Positions 50,897 through 63,439 of a DNA stretch of 64,000 bases are shown here, piece by piece. The position numbers and the translations under genes were made by a program. The notes below the pieces were generated by a model that searched no databases, was not told where the DNA came from, and saw nothing but the letters and a program-made list of their open reading frames with translations. How positions within the stretch are numbered: the first letter of the stretch is position 1; every line of letters begins with the position of its first letter. The DNA lies in the NCBI GenBank assembly GCA_000708835.1, contig DF237132.1, positions 1-64,000 on the forward strand, given 5' to 3'. This DNA is from Klebsormidium nitens. Lineage: Eukaryota > Plantae > Klebsormidiophyceae.

Positions 50897-51988
50897 CTCC
50901 CATGCAAAAGTTTGAGTCCAGGACTACTTTTCTGTGTATTGCTAAACTAGGTATAGCTAGGGCGTAGTTCATGCATACATCTGCACCCTAGTACGTACTG
51001 ATATACACGGGTGTGCCATGTGATGCATCTGATATGCATAAATGCTAAAACGCATCGTACGCAGGCCCTGGTCGATCTCACGCAGGCTCGATATCTAGCT
51101 CACCGGCGGCAGCTTGCCCAATGGCTATATCTGGCTCAGGGCGTTGATGATTGCAAGTGACTGTCCATATTCAGACTGGGGACATGCAAAAATATCATGG
51201 TGTGTGCAGTCCATATAATCCACTTAATACTTGTATTTACGAGTAAATGTGAGATCCATCATGTACCGTAGACCACAGTGTGCACATATGTTGTGTTGAT
51301 CATGTTTACATGCCTAAGTCCGGTTCGACAACCTGGCATCCTGTAGACGCAATTGAAGTACGGTATATCAGGTGAACACATGTATAGCTTGCAATCTGGA
51401 TGGCATGCGACTCATTCGTGCACTCATAAGCACTGCATGGCGGCTTACCTGGACCAACTTGGTTCGATGACTCTGCAGGAGATTGTGATATGGACAGTAA
51501 CTTCGGTGCAGGTATATGGGCCTGATAATTCTAGGATGAGTCATATCAACAACGAGATAGAAGCGGCACCGACCAAGCAGGCTTCTGCCGATTAGTCATT
51601 ACTGAACTAGCAACTATGCTGAGTCAGGTTTTGCAAGCTCTTTACGGATTGCTCTCGTAATGGTCATGCTTTTGCAGGCGGCTATGCAAAGAATTGACAG
51701 TGAAACGAACCTTGGCAATATCAATCCAGAAAGATGCTGAGCCAGTGAGAGATTCCCGCAGAAATGCAGGCCACCTTCGCATCGAGCAATTTGGGCAGTA
51801 AGAGCATGAGGAAGGGTGCTTATCGTCCGGTTGATTCGAAAGATGGGAATGAGAGGGCAATAGTTGATCCAATTCCATTGGCATCCCATGACCACGTCAT
51901 GTACAAAACCTTGCCTGCTTCCACCAATGCGGTGATCCCCAATCATTATGAACCAAACGAACTCCCGCATGTTTTTCACGCCGCAAAC

Positions 51989-54044
51989 TCATTTCCTGCT
52001 TGCATGTGTCGGGCGCAGGCTTCCCCCCCCACTTAACGCTGCCGCCCGCTCCCGTGCTACTGCTACTGCATCCAGAGGGGGCAGGCCGCTCCTGTCCTCC
52101 ACTTTATCCCATTTTGTCCGCTTTCCGGGCCGGATGTCCGTTACTTTTGCAGCGGCTGTCGCTGCTGGGGGAAGGGGTGTGACTTTCGCGACTGGAGGGG
52201 TAAGCACTGCAAAATAGCGAGTAAACCGCTGGTCAGCAGTACTAACGCAGACGCAAGAAACACACAATAGGTAGCATCTCTACAGTCGATGGCTGAGTTC
52301 CAAAAAAAAGAACAGCAGAAGCAAGTAAGATTAGTAAATGCGACTCAAACAAAGTCAACACTAGAATCTGGTTCTTGTCTATTGGGATATGGAGTCGAGC
52401 TTTGAGTAGAGGTGATCTCAGCGGCACAGTCCTGAGAGGCCAGGCGATCGTCGACGAGAGGAGACTGCTGATGCCCAATCCCGGTAAGTAAATAAAACCC
52501 GATAGACTTGTCCGTTTTTGACATTAGCATCAATGCATTTGGAGCACTTTTTGACCAGCAAAGGCCTCGAGTGTCATCTAGTAGACCTGCGATTGCTTAA
52601 GAGTTCCAGATGACATACACAGAACGGTGGTGAATCTGGGTTTGCACGAAACTGTTCACTAACTGAGCCCCTCCCCCCCTTTCTCTAGACTACAGAGAAA
52701 AACAACTTTTGGTCAAATGAAGGATGCACCTGGCTACAGGCGGGATCGGCCACCACAACCATCGCAGTCCATGAAATGCTGCCGCATGATGAGTGTACCT
52801 TTTGGTATAGATGCTAAAGACAAGGGCCTGCCATCCGGTCCCATGGCGGCCACAGCGGGGGGCTGGACTCCCCCCTTGACAAAGTCCACCTTGCCAAGCT
52901 TCCGCTTCTCTTGCTCCCGCTGCTCCGCTTCTTGCCGTTGCGCAGTAGCTGCACCCAGGACACATGAAAAACGGGTTGACTTGACCGATGGCACTGATCA
53001 CCGCAATTGACGAAAGTTTGCAACCAATGTCTGGCAGGAGCAGGCCCTTTGTACAATGGACTCCCATTTGGGAAAACATCTGGGCAAGTCGCCAAAAGTT
53101 TCCAACCAACTGCAGGATGTTGCCATTCGCAATCAACTTTCAGCAGAACTTCCATCTGATCACTTGAAGCAACCATCCAACTGCCTGCCTCAGCGCCGTC
53201 AAACATCCACCAGCTCAGACTTCGAGCCGCCTGGATTGCAGAGCGCCATGCACTCAGAAAAGCACAGAACCTGCTGCTCACCCAGGTTGTCATAGAAGTC
53301 CTCCTCCGGCAGCCCGTGGGGATCAAAAACATCCTTCGCAAAGCAGCTCCCTATCTCATCAATCTCGTGATATGCCACCACCTTGGCCAGGAAGTCTGGA
53401 TTCCGATACGGCTTCGAGCTCCGCATTGACTCGTTAAAACTCCTCCCCTGCTTCAACAGCTCTACCCATCGTGCAAACTTCAGCTGCAGCTCATCGCTGC
53501 ACTTGCCCTCTGGGGGAGGCGGCATAAAATCTGCCAAGTCGTCCTCATCTTCTAAACCTCTGCCAGAAGCCTCCGCTGACCCTGCCCTTAGGGCTCGCTC
53601 GTGCCCCTCACTTTCATCCACTCCCGCTAACCCCATCCGCTGTCCCAAAGGAGACCTGCCTAACCTCCCCACATCGAGGGGAGACTTACTACCCGCTCGG
53701 CTACCCATAGGAGACGCTCCAGGCGTTCTCGTAGTTTTTGGACTCCGGCGCTCTTCTGGGGGGCTCTTCCACCCGGTGGCTTGTTCACTGACCGCTTTCA
53801 GAGCGCCATTCTGATCCAATTTCAATTTGGTCTGTGCCGCACCCTCTGATCCTTTTCTGTCCGCCGCAGCATCGTTTCTTTCAACACTTTCATCGACCTC
53901 TACTGCCTCAGCCTTCTCTTGGTCCGCCTCCGAGGTATTGGCGTTTGTCTCAGGGAGTGCCGCAGTCTCCAGATGTTCTTCCTCCTCATCGAGTTCATCG
54001 GCGTCCTCTCCATAAGCAGCCAGCAAAGCGATGCCCTCGGCCAT
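51989..54044 (-). CDS. SAP30BP: SAP30-binding protein-like (HCNGP family)
   Basis: Starts MAEGIALLAAYGED; core PPPPEGKCSDELQLKF...GRSFNESMRSSKPYRNPDFLAKVVAYHEIDEIGSCFAKDVFDPHGLPEEDFYDNL; later exons EQEKRKLGKVDFVKGG and KRTKWDKV. 3' end uncertain. Confidence 0.88.
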
Positions 54045-56924
54045 CTTGGCAAAGTAAAGAGTTCGCACAGATAAAGCGGCTGGGTATCTGCAATGCCGCC
54101 CTGATCTACGTGACAGGAAAAAGGCTGAATAAATCTGCTTGAAGCATAACAGGCATTTGCCGTGGCGTTTGAAACTAAGCTTGCGCAGGCACCGTGGATT
54201 TGACGTGTCGCGGCCGCACGCGTGCAGGCCGCGCGGGCGGGTCGGGCGGCCGCGACAAAATCCGTATACTTGGGTACAATATTGTTGCAGTGCGCACAAC
54301 CCGTTGGACGCACTGCAGCATCGCAGCAGAGCACTCAGCAACGCTCGTGATCACATTGATTGGAACTATGTAGTTCCTTTTACGTACTTTCGAATCCACT
54401 CATAAGTGACGTTCTGAGACACTTCGACCACTTCGCACCATGGTGGCCGGCATCAATTAATGGCACTCTTGGCTGGAATGTACTAGGGCGCTTGGACACT
54501 TGACACGTCACAATCGCGTGTTAACATCCAAGCGAACATCAGTGATCAAACTCGGAGAAAGCTGTCAACCTCCTCTAGTGGTCCTCCACTGGCTAGGAAG
54601 GTGTGTCGATTCTTGTGTTTGTAATCGACTGGATGCTCAGTCACAAATTAGTACATTTACAGAAATAAGTATACCCACAAAGAGCAACAGGAAGCCAGAC
54701 GCCGTCACTGGCGTCAGTCACTTTACGTAAATCACAGTTGCTTCCGCAATTAGGGCGTCTGCTTGCACACAGTCGGTTGCCAACTTTGAAACTTTGGGGG
54801 CAATTGGACGCTTGAATCGGCTTGGCCCAGAGACGCAACTGAGATTTGATGTGATGACTTCAAGGAGACGTCTTCTGTAGTGCGTCTGTATCCCATTTCT
54901 GTACGGGGCTTTGCGGTTCCCCGGCCCGACGTGCGTCTACGCGAGAATTAATGAGACAACGACCCCCCGGCTAAATCGAATAGTAACTCTTCATGCTCGC
55001 GCCTTTCGAAACCATCATATTTCCAACATAGCGAAGAATACTAGTTGGCAGATCAAACAACAATCACTGAGCTCGAGTCCTTAATTCTGCAATCCGTCGA
55101 ACACGAGTGAACAAGTCGTCCTTAGCAAAACGTCAGTCAGGGCTAGCAGGCCGCAGCTGAAACCAATAAGTTTGGATAAGCATCTGTGCAGACTGGCTGA
55201 CGTTGATTGGTGCCAATCGCCCAAGGTGACCCACCGATCTCACGTAGGGCACAATCATGTGGTGCCACCCTGACCTTCAAGCGCCATTTTTGATTCCTTC
55301 GACAACTCAAGCAGGCACCTTGACAATCTCGGGAAGATCCTGAGGAGTGATCTTATCTGAGAAGAGATGTAAGTTGCCTTTCCTGAGTAAGCAAGCGACA
55401 GAAGCTTTCTATCTAAATTTGAACAGTCGTCCGGAAATACTCACTAGCATATCGAAACAACAGCCCTACTACAACTCTTACCAACTTTTCCATTTTAACC
55501 CGGTGCTCTTCATCTCAAAATCTCCCTTGCAAGGGCTCATGTTTGAACAGAGTTGCGAAAAGTCCAGGCCCTGTTCAATAGATGGCCGTCGCGCTTTCGA
55601 GCTCAGTGGTTCTCTCCGGAGGCCCCCTCGATTACGCCAGAGCCACACAGTTTGGAGAGATCTAGGTCGATCTCGAGGAGCAGGCCGCCGCTGGGCACAA
55701 TCTCAAACCAGTAAAGCAGCATACGTATGTAAGCTGGAAGCGTTCCAAGTCGGAGAGATCTGGAGGAGGACCCAAGTCATGCGGACTCAGGCGAAATCGA
55801 AGAAGCAGTACGAAATGAGTACCGCCAAGCCGCTAGCGCACGAGGGCTTCCTCCTTCCTCTCCCTTCACGACTTGTCTCACCTCCGATCACGAAGCACGT
55901 CGGTTGCCTTCTCTTTCTCCTCGATTTCAAATTTTCAGCGTCCTGACTGAGTGCAACCTTGCTCTTAGACTTTGTCCGTCATCCTGCTTACATCGGATTC
56001 GGTCTGCCATTCCGGCCTGGTGGCCTAGTTTGCAGCTCATGAACAACAGCGGTTCTCAATCACGAAGATCACGCCGTGCTCGTGCATCTTTTCAGGACGT
56101 CTCCTAAGTAGAGCGCTCAAGTTATGCGGTGGTGGCCTCGGGTTGCAAGTTCAAAAGGTGCTGCTTGGCTGGCATGTCTAGAAGCTCGATTCGCCATCAG
56201 CTCGATACTTGGGCAGTGAAGGTACGTCCGAATGCAGAGCTGATAACGACACTAACATGCAGACGTGTACAGCAAGTTTAAGAGACGTAACTTCAGCTGC
56301 ATTGACGCGAAATACAAAGACAAGCATTCTTTTAGGCAGCCTTCTAACTCTACTAGACGTGCCTATTGAGCTGTTCTTGCAATAGTTGTAGATATGCTTG
56401 ATCTGTCGTTGTACTTTCAAGCGGTCCTCAATTGCGAAGGGCGTCATAATCGCAACTGGGCAAGATGGTCTGCCGCGCGAGCTATCGTTTTGAGTCTCGT
56501 TGTATCAATCAACATGTGCATGACATATGCATGCCAAGCCTCTAGAACGTGCTTGCACACGTTCGATGCGAAAACCCTTGGAAAGTTCGGAACGTATAAG
56601 TATTTGAATGTTTGACTGATATTATCTGTTTGGGCGGAGCATTGTTCTGAGGGATTAAGATGCTCGAGATGCTTTCTCGAGCATCGTCAATTCCTAGTTC
56701 ACATCACTTCTTGTGTTGTCCATTGTCATCTGTTTCATGTCTCGACTCTTGAAAAGACCGGACTAGTGCTTTTCTGGCTTTGGCTTCGCGGTCGACTTCA
56801 ATTGGTGTCAGTGAAAAGAATGGAGGCGCAATGATGCTGCCTACTTTTACCCGTTCCGACGACCTTCTTAAACCTGTACCAGCTCACTATCTTGCCGGCG
56901 AGCATTTAAATTTCTAGCTAGCGC

Positions 56925-59900
56925 TTAACCGCAGACTAGCTTGCCAGACTCCTGAGTGCACGCTAGAGAGAACGACCCCTTCTCCTCAGGATCGACGCTC
57001 CGCATGAGCTTCCTGACGACGGGCGCGTCGACGAACTTGACACTGTTAACGGCGACCCCCGACCGGTCGTTGAACTGGTTGAACATGCTGTCGTATGACG
57101 TCAGGCTGGACACGCGGTAGTCCCCGGTGGCGCCCTCGACGAGGAACTCGTGGCTGCTGACGTCAGCGCCGGCCGCGGCCTTGCGCTGCTGGATGTCGGG
57201 GCGGAACATCTGGCCCAGCACGCCGTGCACGTGGCGCGTCAGGTTCACGTCCTTGAGCTCCAGGTCCAGGTACTTGCCGAGGGGCTCCAGCTGCGGGCAG
57301 AAGAGGGGGGGGGGATCAGGACAGGCGAGAGAGGTGGTTAAGGTTTCTGTTGCATATGGTCCTGGTTTTGGCGAAGCACGGCCTAGGAAAGAATATCAGG
57401 ACAGGCGAGAGAGGTGCTTCAGAATTCTGTTGAATTGGTTTTTGGTCCCCGCAAGGACCGGCGAAGCACGGCCTGAATGTCTCTCAAGTGGAAGGGAACC
57501 TGTTTCTAAGACTGCAAAATTGAACTCTGGGGCAAACATTTCTCCAACAACACTCGCATCAACACTGCCCGAGTCCCCCGTCAAGCTTTCCCAATGGGCA
57601 GGAACTTTATCGAACCGATCGACCGAAGCAGATTCTGTGTCCGATTCTGTACCCGGACCCAGGCTTACAAAGAGAAGTCGAAAACTCGTATCTACCCGGT
57701 TAACATAAAGTACTGTAACTGTTTGCTAACCTGGATCCTGCTCTCCAGGCGGGTATGGATCACCGCGTCGACGATGCCCTCGATCTGCACGCGGACCTCA
57801 GTGCGCGCATGGGGCTCGCGGGTGATGGTCACCATCTCGTCAGGAGACTGCCACGTGTACACTCCACTGCCCTGCAGTCGAAGAGAAACATCACGTCAGA
57901 AGAAGCTCTGCTGGATCAGATCACGACCTGCGACCCAAGTGGTTCAAGGAAACCAAAAACAAGGGACTCGAGCAGATAGGTCGAGCAAACAGCTGTTTCC
58001 AAGCAAGTAAAGAATTCCGAGGAACTGCTGTGACCATCCACTGGGGAAATCCAGCATGAGAAAGCGTACACTGACGCTAACTTCTCGTGCTCGAGTCTTT
58101 CCTGTCTGCAGATTGCCGCAGCCAACCATCAAGATTGTATTGGCAGCAGCGCACCGTCAGACAAACAAGCTCGCTCTCTCTATGAAAGACGGCCCTGAGT
58201 CCTCGTGCTAAAACCATTTTAAGCGATTTCCGGAGAAAGCGCCGGCATGAGGGGGAGTGCCTCACAGATCCGGCCGGGATGTCCTCGCCGTCGTAGGTGA
58301 AGTAGAAGGTGTCGGCGCTCTCAAATTCCTTGTCCTCATCGGTGCCAACGCTCACGAAGTGCGTCTCGCCGTTCTTCTCGTTCAAGTAGCCCAGGGACAG
58401 CTCCTGTAGCAAGGAAGGAAAGGCAGGGCTCACGTCAGAAGGTGCGGCGGATGAGGTCATGTCCGAGATAAGTCGACAAGGCAAGCAGGCTGGTTGCTTC
58501 AATTCGTTCTGCCCGCATAAGAAGAGCTGGTTGGTCTGGTAAAAGCGAACGGTCTCCAATGTCAGCATGGAATCACAGTGGGATACAAGTCGAACGGAAC
58601 AGCAGACGAAAGCAAGCTGGGCAAAAAGTTCAGGGATGGTTGCAGCTCTCGTAGATCATTCCGGTGACCTTAGTGACCTTACCTGGAACCAGGTACCATG
58701 CTCGACCAGATCGGAGTCAAGGCGCTCTCCAACAAGGTGGCCGTTAACCTGCACAGATGACAAACCGTTCTGTTGAGAAGCCTGGAAGGGACTGGGCACT
58801 GAGCTGGTATGCAAAAAGCACCTGTCCTACTGCAGGGGAGTGAGGAGGCAGAAGCAGCCCAAGTTTGCTCGCTGTTTTACAGAAGGTACTGGACTCCAGA
58901 TCCGGACCACTTTCAGTCCCTCTTCCCACAAGGCATACTGCTCTTTGCATGCTCTCGCAAGGAGCGGTAGTTCGATGGTTGTGATCCATCCAAGGTGCAA
59001 CATTTTCCTTCTGAAACCTTTCCTGTGGATGCAAACAACTCAAGGTGCAACCTTCCCTCTAAAATCTTTCCTGTCATCTACTCAAAGTGCAACCGTTTCT
59101 CTAAAACCTTTCCTGTAAAATGTTCAACGCAAGATGTAACATTTCATCTAAAAGTTTCCCTGATGCGCAACCTCAGCTTTGGAGACAAGCTGTGTGGACA
59201 TACCTGGAGGTGGGAGTCAGAGACGATGCTGAAGGTCTCGTCCCTAACACCGTGCCAGTCAAAGAAGATGCCACCAGGGGCAGCGAAGTGAGGGTCACCG
59301 CAGATGCCGTTGGCATCGTAGGTCACTGCAAGATGGACGGGAGCTGGGTCAGACTTTTCAATGAAAGGTTTCAGCTGAAAAGAAGGGAAACACACGTCTA
59401 CCGCCACATTCTTCTAGCTCCATCTGAGATCAAGAATGTAGATTCACACTGCTTCTAGTGGGCAGTTAGACCCTGCTTTCACGACGCTACCACGCAAAAC
59501 ACATTTGGCAAGTCACTTGAAACTGTCCTTTTCAGCACCTCAGTTTTTGAGGCCCCCCCAGAAAAGGTCATCAAAAGGCCCCCAGTATCCGACTCCCACC
59601 AGCTCAGACTGAAGAGTACGCTCCTGAGTGAGCACCCCTTGAAAAGACTCTGCTGTAGTACACTCACTGGGGTTCACGCACGAGGGCGTGTTGTCCTTCC
59701 AGGTGTTGACACTGCCGGTGTTCCCAAAGTACCACGTGGAGTCGTCGTTCCTGGACGCCGCCACACAGTAGACCGCCACCTTGTTGTTGATGATGTCACA
59801 GACGCCGCACGCGTAGTTGGCCGGCTCCACGGTCCCGCACGCGCCGTTGCTGTACGCGCTCTGGAAGCACTTGACCGTGACTCCCGCGCAGCTCTTGATG

Positions 59901-60082
59901 TCCGTGGGGTAGTGCTTCACCCCGAACCCGTTGGTGTTGATGAAGCACTTCTGGCCGATCACGACGTTCGTGTTGGTCGTTGCATTCTTGCAATTGGTGG
60001 AGTACCCGGTGAAGCACGCGTGCGCGGCGGGGGTCGCGACGGCGAGAAGCGCCAGCACGGCAAGGAAGGTGGCGCGCGCCAT
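56925..60082 (-). CDS. Secreted Cys-rich protein with GDPH motif and Root_cap (LEA-related/root cap) domain
   Basis: Six exons (60082-59668, 59325-59204, ~58748-58683, ~58403-58266, ~57874-57734, ~57292-56925). Signal peptide MARATFLAVLALLAVATPAAHA; CGDPHFAAPGGIFFDWHGVRDETFSIVSDSHLQVNGHLVG; YLDLELKDVNLTRHVHGVLGQMFRPD; terminal C-x7-VCG. These parallel the plant root-cap family pattern. Confidence 0.85.
57315..57474. repeat. Intronic 80-90-bp duplication next to an acceptor
   Basis: atcaggacaggcgagagaggtg at 57315 and 57395; ggcgaagcacggcct at 57370 and 57460. Confidence 0.85.
58991..59170. repeat. Degenerate 42-50-bp tandem repeat x4 (intronic)
   Basis: caa(g/a)gtgcaac...ct(a/g)aaa(c/t)ctttcctgt-like units at 58991, 59041, 59083 and 59130. 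Confidence 0.8.
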
Positions 60083-61090
60083 TTCTGACAGCTGGCGCTA
60101 CTGAGCTGCGCACGTCCTGCTAGTTGCAAAAAATAGCTCACGCAACCTTTGAGCAGCTCAACGTGTTATGAGCTGCAAAGTGAATACAACTTCTAGTGAA
60201 AGTGAGGGGAATGTGTTGGGAGAGACGAGGATGTAGGAGAGAAAAGTCGCTAAACAGAAACAGGGGGCGCTCCTTTTGAACGTCCCGTGGGCGCTGACTT
60301 CACAGAATCACACTGGCCTGCCCTCCTGCGCAGAACAAAACAACTTCAACAGAGCTCTGACTAAGTGGACTCGGTCTGAGTCATGTTACCCCTGACTGCG
60401 ACTGCTGGCCTCGCACGCATTTACCTAAATCCGCAATCCAGTGGAACACCGTGACTGTGCAATCTGTATCTCTGATCGTATCATTGGGCTTGGCTTTTGC
60501 CCGGCCAGCGGCCACGGGGCGGGGGGGCGTTTTCCGTACACTCCGGCCGGGGACTCGCACGTGCACCCGGGAGTCGCCCAAGAGAAACTGTTCTACCTGG
60601 TTCTGAAAGGTTTAGCCAAGACTGGGCCGCAAAAACAGGGTTTTAGCGTACAGTAATCTAGTTACCAGATATAAACCAGCCTGATCCCCCCGGCGGCCGG
60701 CCGATGTCCGGGCGGCGGGAAGAACATACGGTACCTAGGTATGGTTGACCACGGCGAGCGCAACAATATGACAACATGCTGCAAGGTCGCGTGCACCAGA
60801 ACTTGAAACGCTTCAAGCTTGCCGTTCTTAGACCGACTGGGCTGCAACCGTGGTGTCAAAATCGTTTCTGACACCATAAAGATATATGACTCGCATAGTT
60901 CCACTTAAGTACCAGAGTGTTGGCTTCAACTTTGCAGGAGAATGCAAGAGTGCTCGGACAAGGATCGTCTGCAGTGCGCGAAGGACGGGTGGTCAGTTTT
61001 GTACGGCACCCATAAAAGCTGCGAGGGGTACTTATAAGCATAGTACACGTGTCAATTATTATTGATCAATTCAGAATGCACTTTCCAGGC

Positions 61091-61985
61091 CAACGGCTGC
61101 CTCCACACTGCCGGATACTTGGGTCCTCGGCTACTCCGAGTACCCCCCTCTGGAGTATCCCGGGCAAGTAGCCCGTCCAGACTGCGGGATACTCAACCCG
61201 GCTACTTTGTGGTCCGCGATGATCGGGAGCTGCTTTGCTTCAGCACGTGTGAACGAGTAGCCCGGCAAGTATCCTTCGAAAAGTAGGCTACTCGGCCGGC
61301 TACTCGACGATCGGCCAATCAGATTTGAGCAGAACGATCGAGTTGTTGAACCGGACGCGTGCGAAGACGGACAGTCTGCTTTTTTGGATGATTGCGCGTA
61401 TCTTTCAGACAACGTGGCACGCTGCTGGTGACCGGCGGAAGTAGCCGCTGTCCGAAGTAGCCCCCGGTGTAGAAGCGGCTACTTCAAACCCCGCATTCTG
61501 CGGAAAAGCTCCCGGCTACTTGGAGAAACTTGAGAAGTAGCCGGGTACTCCAGTATCCCCAAGTGCCGGTATCCCCCAGTGTGGCAAGAGGCACAAAGTT
61601 TGCGAATAGAATTTGGGAGAATCGGACGCGGACAGCCTGTTCGGACAATTGAAAGTGCTCGGGTAGCTAAAAACATTCACCAGAACCCTAAGGTCAGTGG
61701 CTTAGCCGTTAGTAGGAACCCTAATCGTAGAGCAGTCACAGGGTGGGGCGTGACCCTAACAAACCGTCACAGGGAAGTGGCGTAACCCTAACATACCGTC
61801 ACTGCTTTTTGACCTAACCCTAAGTCACCACGAGTGCCCGGTTGCTTCTGCGGCTAGGTACCGCACGAGAAGCGACGGTGCATACCGTGCACTGCCATAT
61901 TTGGTCCGGTACCGTCCGCATCCGATTCTCCCAAATTCTATTCGCAAACTTTGTACGTTTTGCCCCAGTGTGGAGGCAGCCGTTG
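61091..61985. mobile_element. Outer non-autonomous TIR element (MITE) with subterminal cggctact/agtagcc repeats
   Basis: Perfect 20-bp TIR caacggctgcctccacactg (61091-61110 / 61966-61985); many cggctact and agtagcc(g) motifs in both orientations; no TSD visible; no transposase. Confidence 0.7.
61585..61962. mobile_element. Inner 378-bp TIR element (Mutator-like MITE) nested in the outer element
   Basis: 49-bp TIR (61585-61633 / 61914-61962, 4 mismatches) flanked by the 11-bp direct repeat ccccagtgtgg (61574-61584, 61963-61973); interior carries five (a/g)accctaa units. Confidence 0.78.
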
Positions 61986-62852
61986 TACCGGTATCGATTG
62001 TGCTCCCAATTCTTTGCTAAATTTCCAAAGGCAGTGCAGGATGCTGCTGCAGCGTCTACAAGCTTTCAAGAGCTTGCCCATCTTAACTTGGTTATGAGAA
62101 GCTTCTGCTTCTGCTGTGTTTCATGAACCTGCTCGGTCCTGCAAGTTTCAAAGTTGCACCCCGCTGGATGATGCAACACAGCGACGCTTAGAAGCTGGTG
62201 CATTCGGAAGATGCTTTTAGAAATAAGCTATCGGTGGGCAAGCAATGCAGGAAGATCGAGTGCAGGGCTGGTTCAAGGACCTGGAAACGACTCAGGCCCT
62301 TCTTGGAGCAGCCGTTTGACGTAGGCGATTGTCCTAAGAAGAGCAACGCGAATGTGATCAATCTAGCAAAGTCTTAAGCGGGCAGTCGCTGCGCCTTTCT
62401 GAGTAGCTAAGACTTTTGGCGTCAATCTGTGCAGGTGGTGAACCCACATAGGGCGCAAGAACGGGGGATGTAGCAGGAGCTCCCTTTGCCGCCATGGACA
62501 TAGACTGTGCAGGTTTGGGGGCCATCCCGACCCAGGTGAGTTGCGAAGCACACTCGCGCATCTCTACTTGAGCCTGAGAATGTTGGTACCGTTTCTGCGG
62601 GCTTTGAGGCATAAACTTGAGCCTCAGGACACGGGCTTGACAGCATATAGAGAAAAGCCTCTCCAGAGTGCAGAGGTTCCACACGTGCCTTCTAGGCTCG
62701 CACTTTTGCATTGTCGAGTGGCCAAGCGTACTCCTCTCTTTGCTGCTCTATTGTAATTCACACCGGTGTAGAAGCGCATCAGAGACCCACCGGCTGTTCT
62801 TCCGCCGTCCTTCAAATAACCTCTAACCACCCCCCCCCGTCCTGGTCTGCAG

Positions 62853-63439
62853 GTGTTCCACAAGCGCATGCCCCCCGAGGCGGTGGACCTGGTGTCCCGC
62901 CTGCTGTAGTACTCCCCCACGCTGCGCTGCACCGCGCTCGAGGCGTGCAGCACCCCTTCTTTGACGAGCTCAGGGACCCAACACGCGCCTGCCCAACGGA
63001 CGGCCGCTGCCGCCGCTCTTCAACTTCAAGCCGCAGGCCCTGCGCTACAGCGTTTGACAGAGTATCAGTGCTTGAGCCGAGAACTCAATGTACACTCGGT
63101 CTGGGTTGGCTTTGCTCGTCAGCTTTAGGGAGTCTTGTTGAGTTGGCTGAGCGCAAAAGTCCTCATAAGCGATCTACTAGATGCTGGTGCCCTTGTCTCG
63201 TTCTACAAAGCGTGAAACCCTTCCTTCTGAGGAGGGAGGTCGGGTCCATGCCTTGTGAGCCATGGGATCCACGTGTCTCGTTCTTCTGGTCATGACTAAT
63301 TGCGTCGAGTTTCACATGGCCCCTGCTCATGATCCCCCCAACATCTGTGCAGGAGCTGAAAGGGCCCACCCCCGACATCCTGCAACGGCTCATCCCCGAG
63401 CACGCGCGCAAGCAAAACATGCACCTCGGGATCCTCTGA
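62853..63439 (+). pseudogene. GSK3/SHAGGY-like kinase pseudogene fragment (last two exons)
   Basis: 62853-63036 reads [60 protein letters not shown] with TAG at 62907-62909 and two 1-nt frameshifts, followed by gc rather than gt. 63353-63439 reads ELKGPTPDILQRLIPEHARKQ. No upstream kinase exons found in the window. Confidence 0.88.

Noticed and set aside
55347-55946. 199-aa plus-strand ORF
   Set aside because: GTG start, no motif, no convincing splice signals.
56111-56170. 14-bp match (cgctcaagttatgc) to the 49-kb palindrome; similar 15-bp match at ~50541
   Set aside because: Matches are short and not colinear with the arm, so a shared family or siRNA target cannot be claimed.
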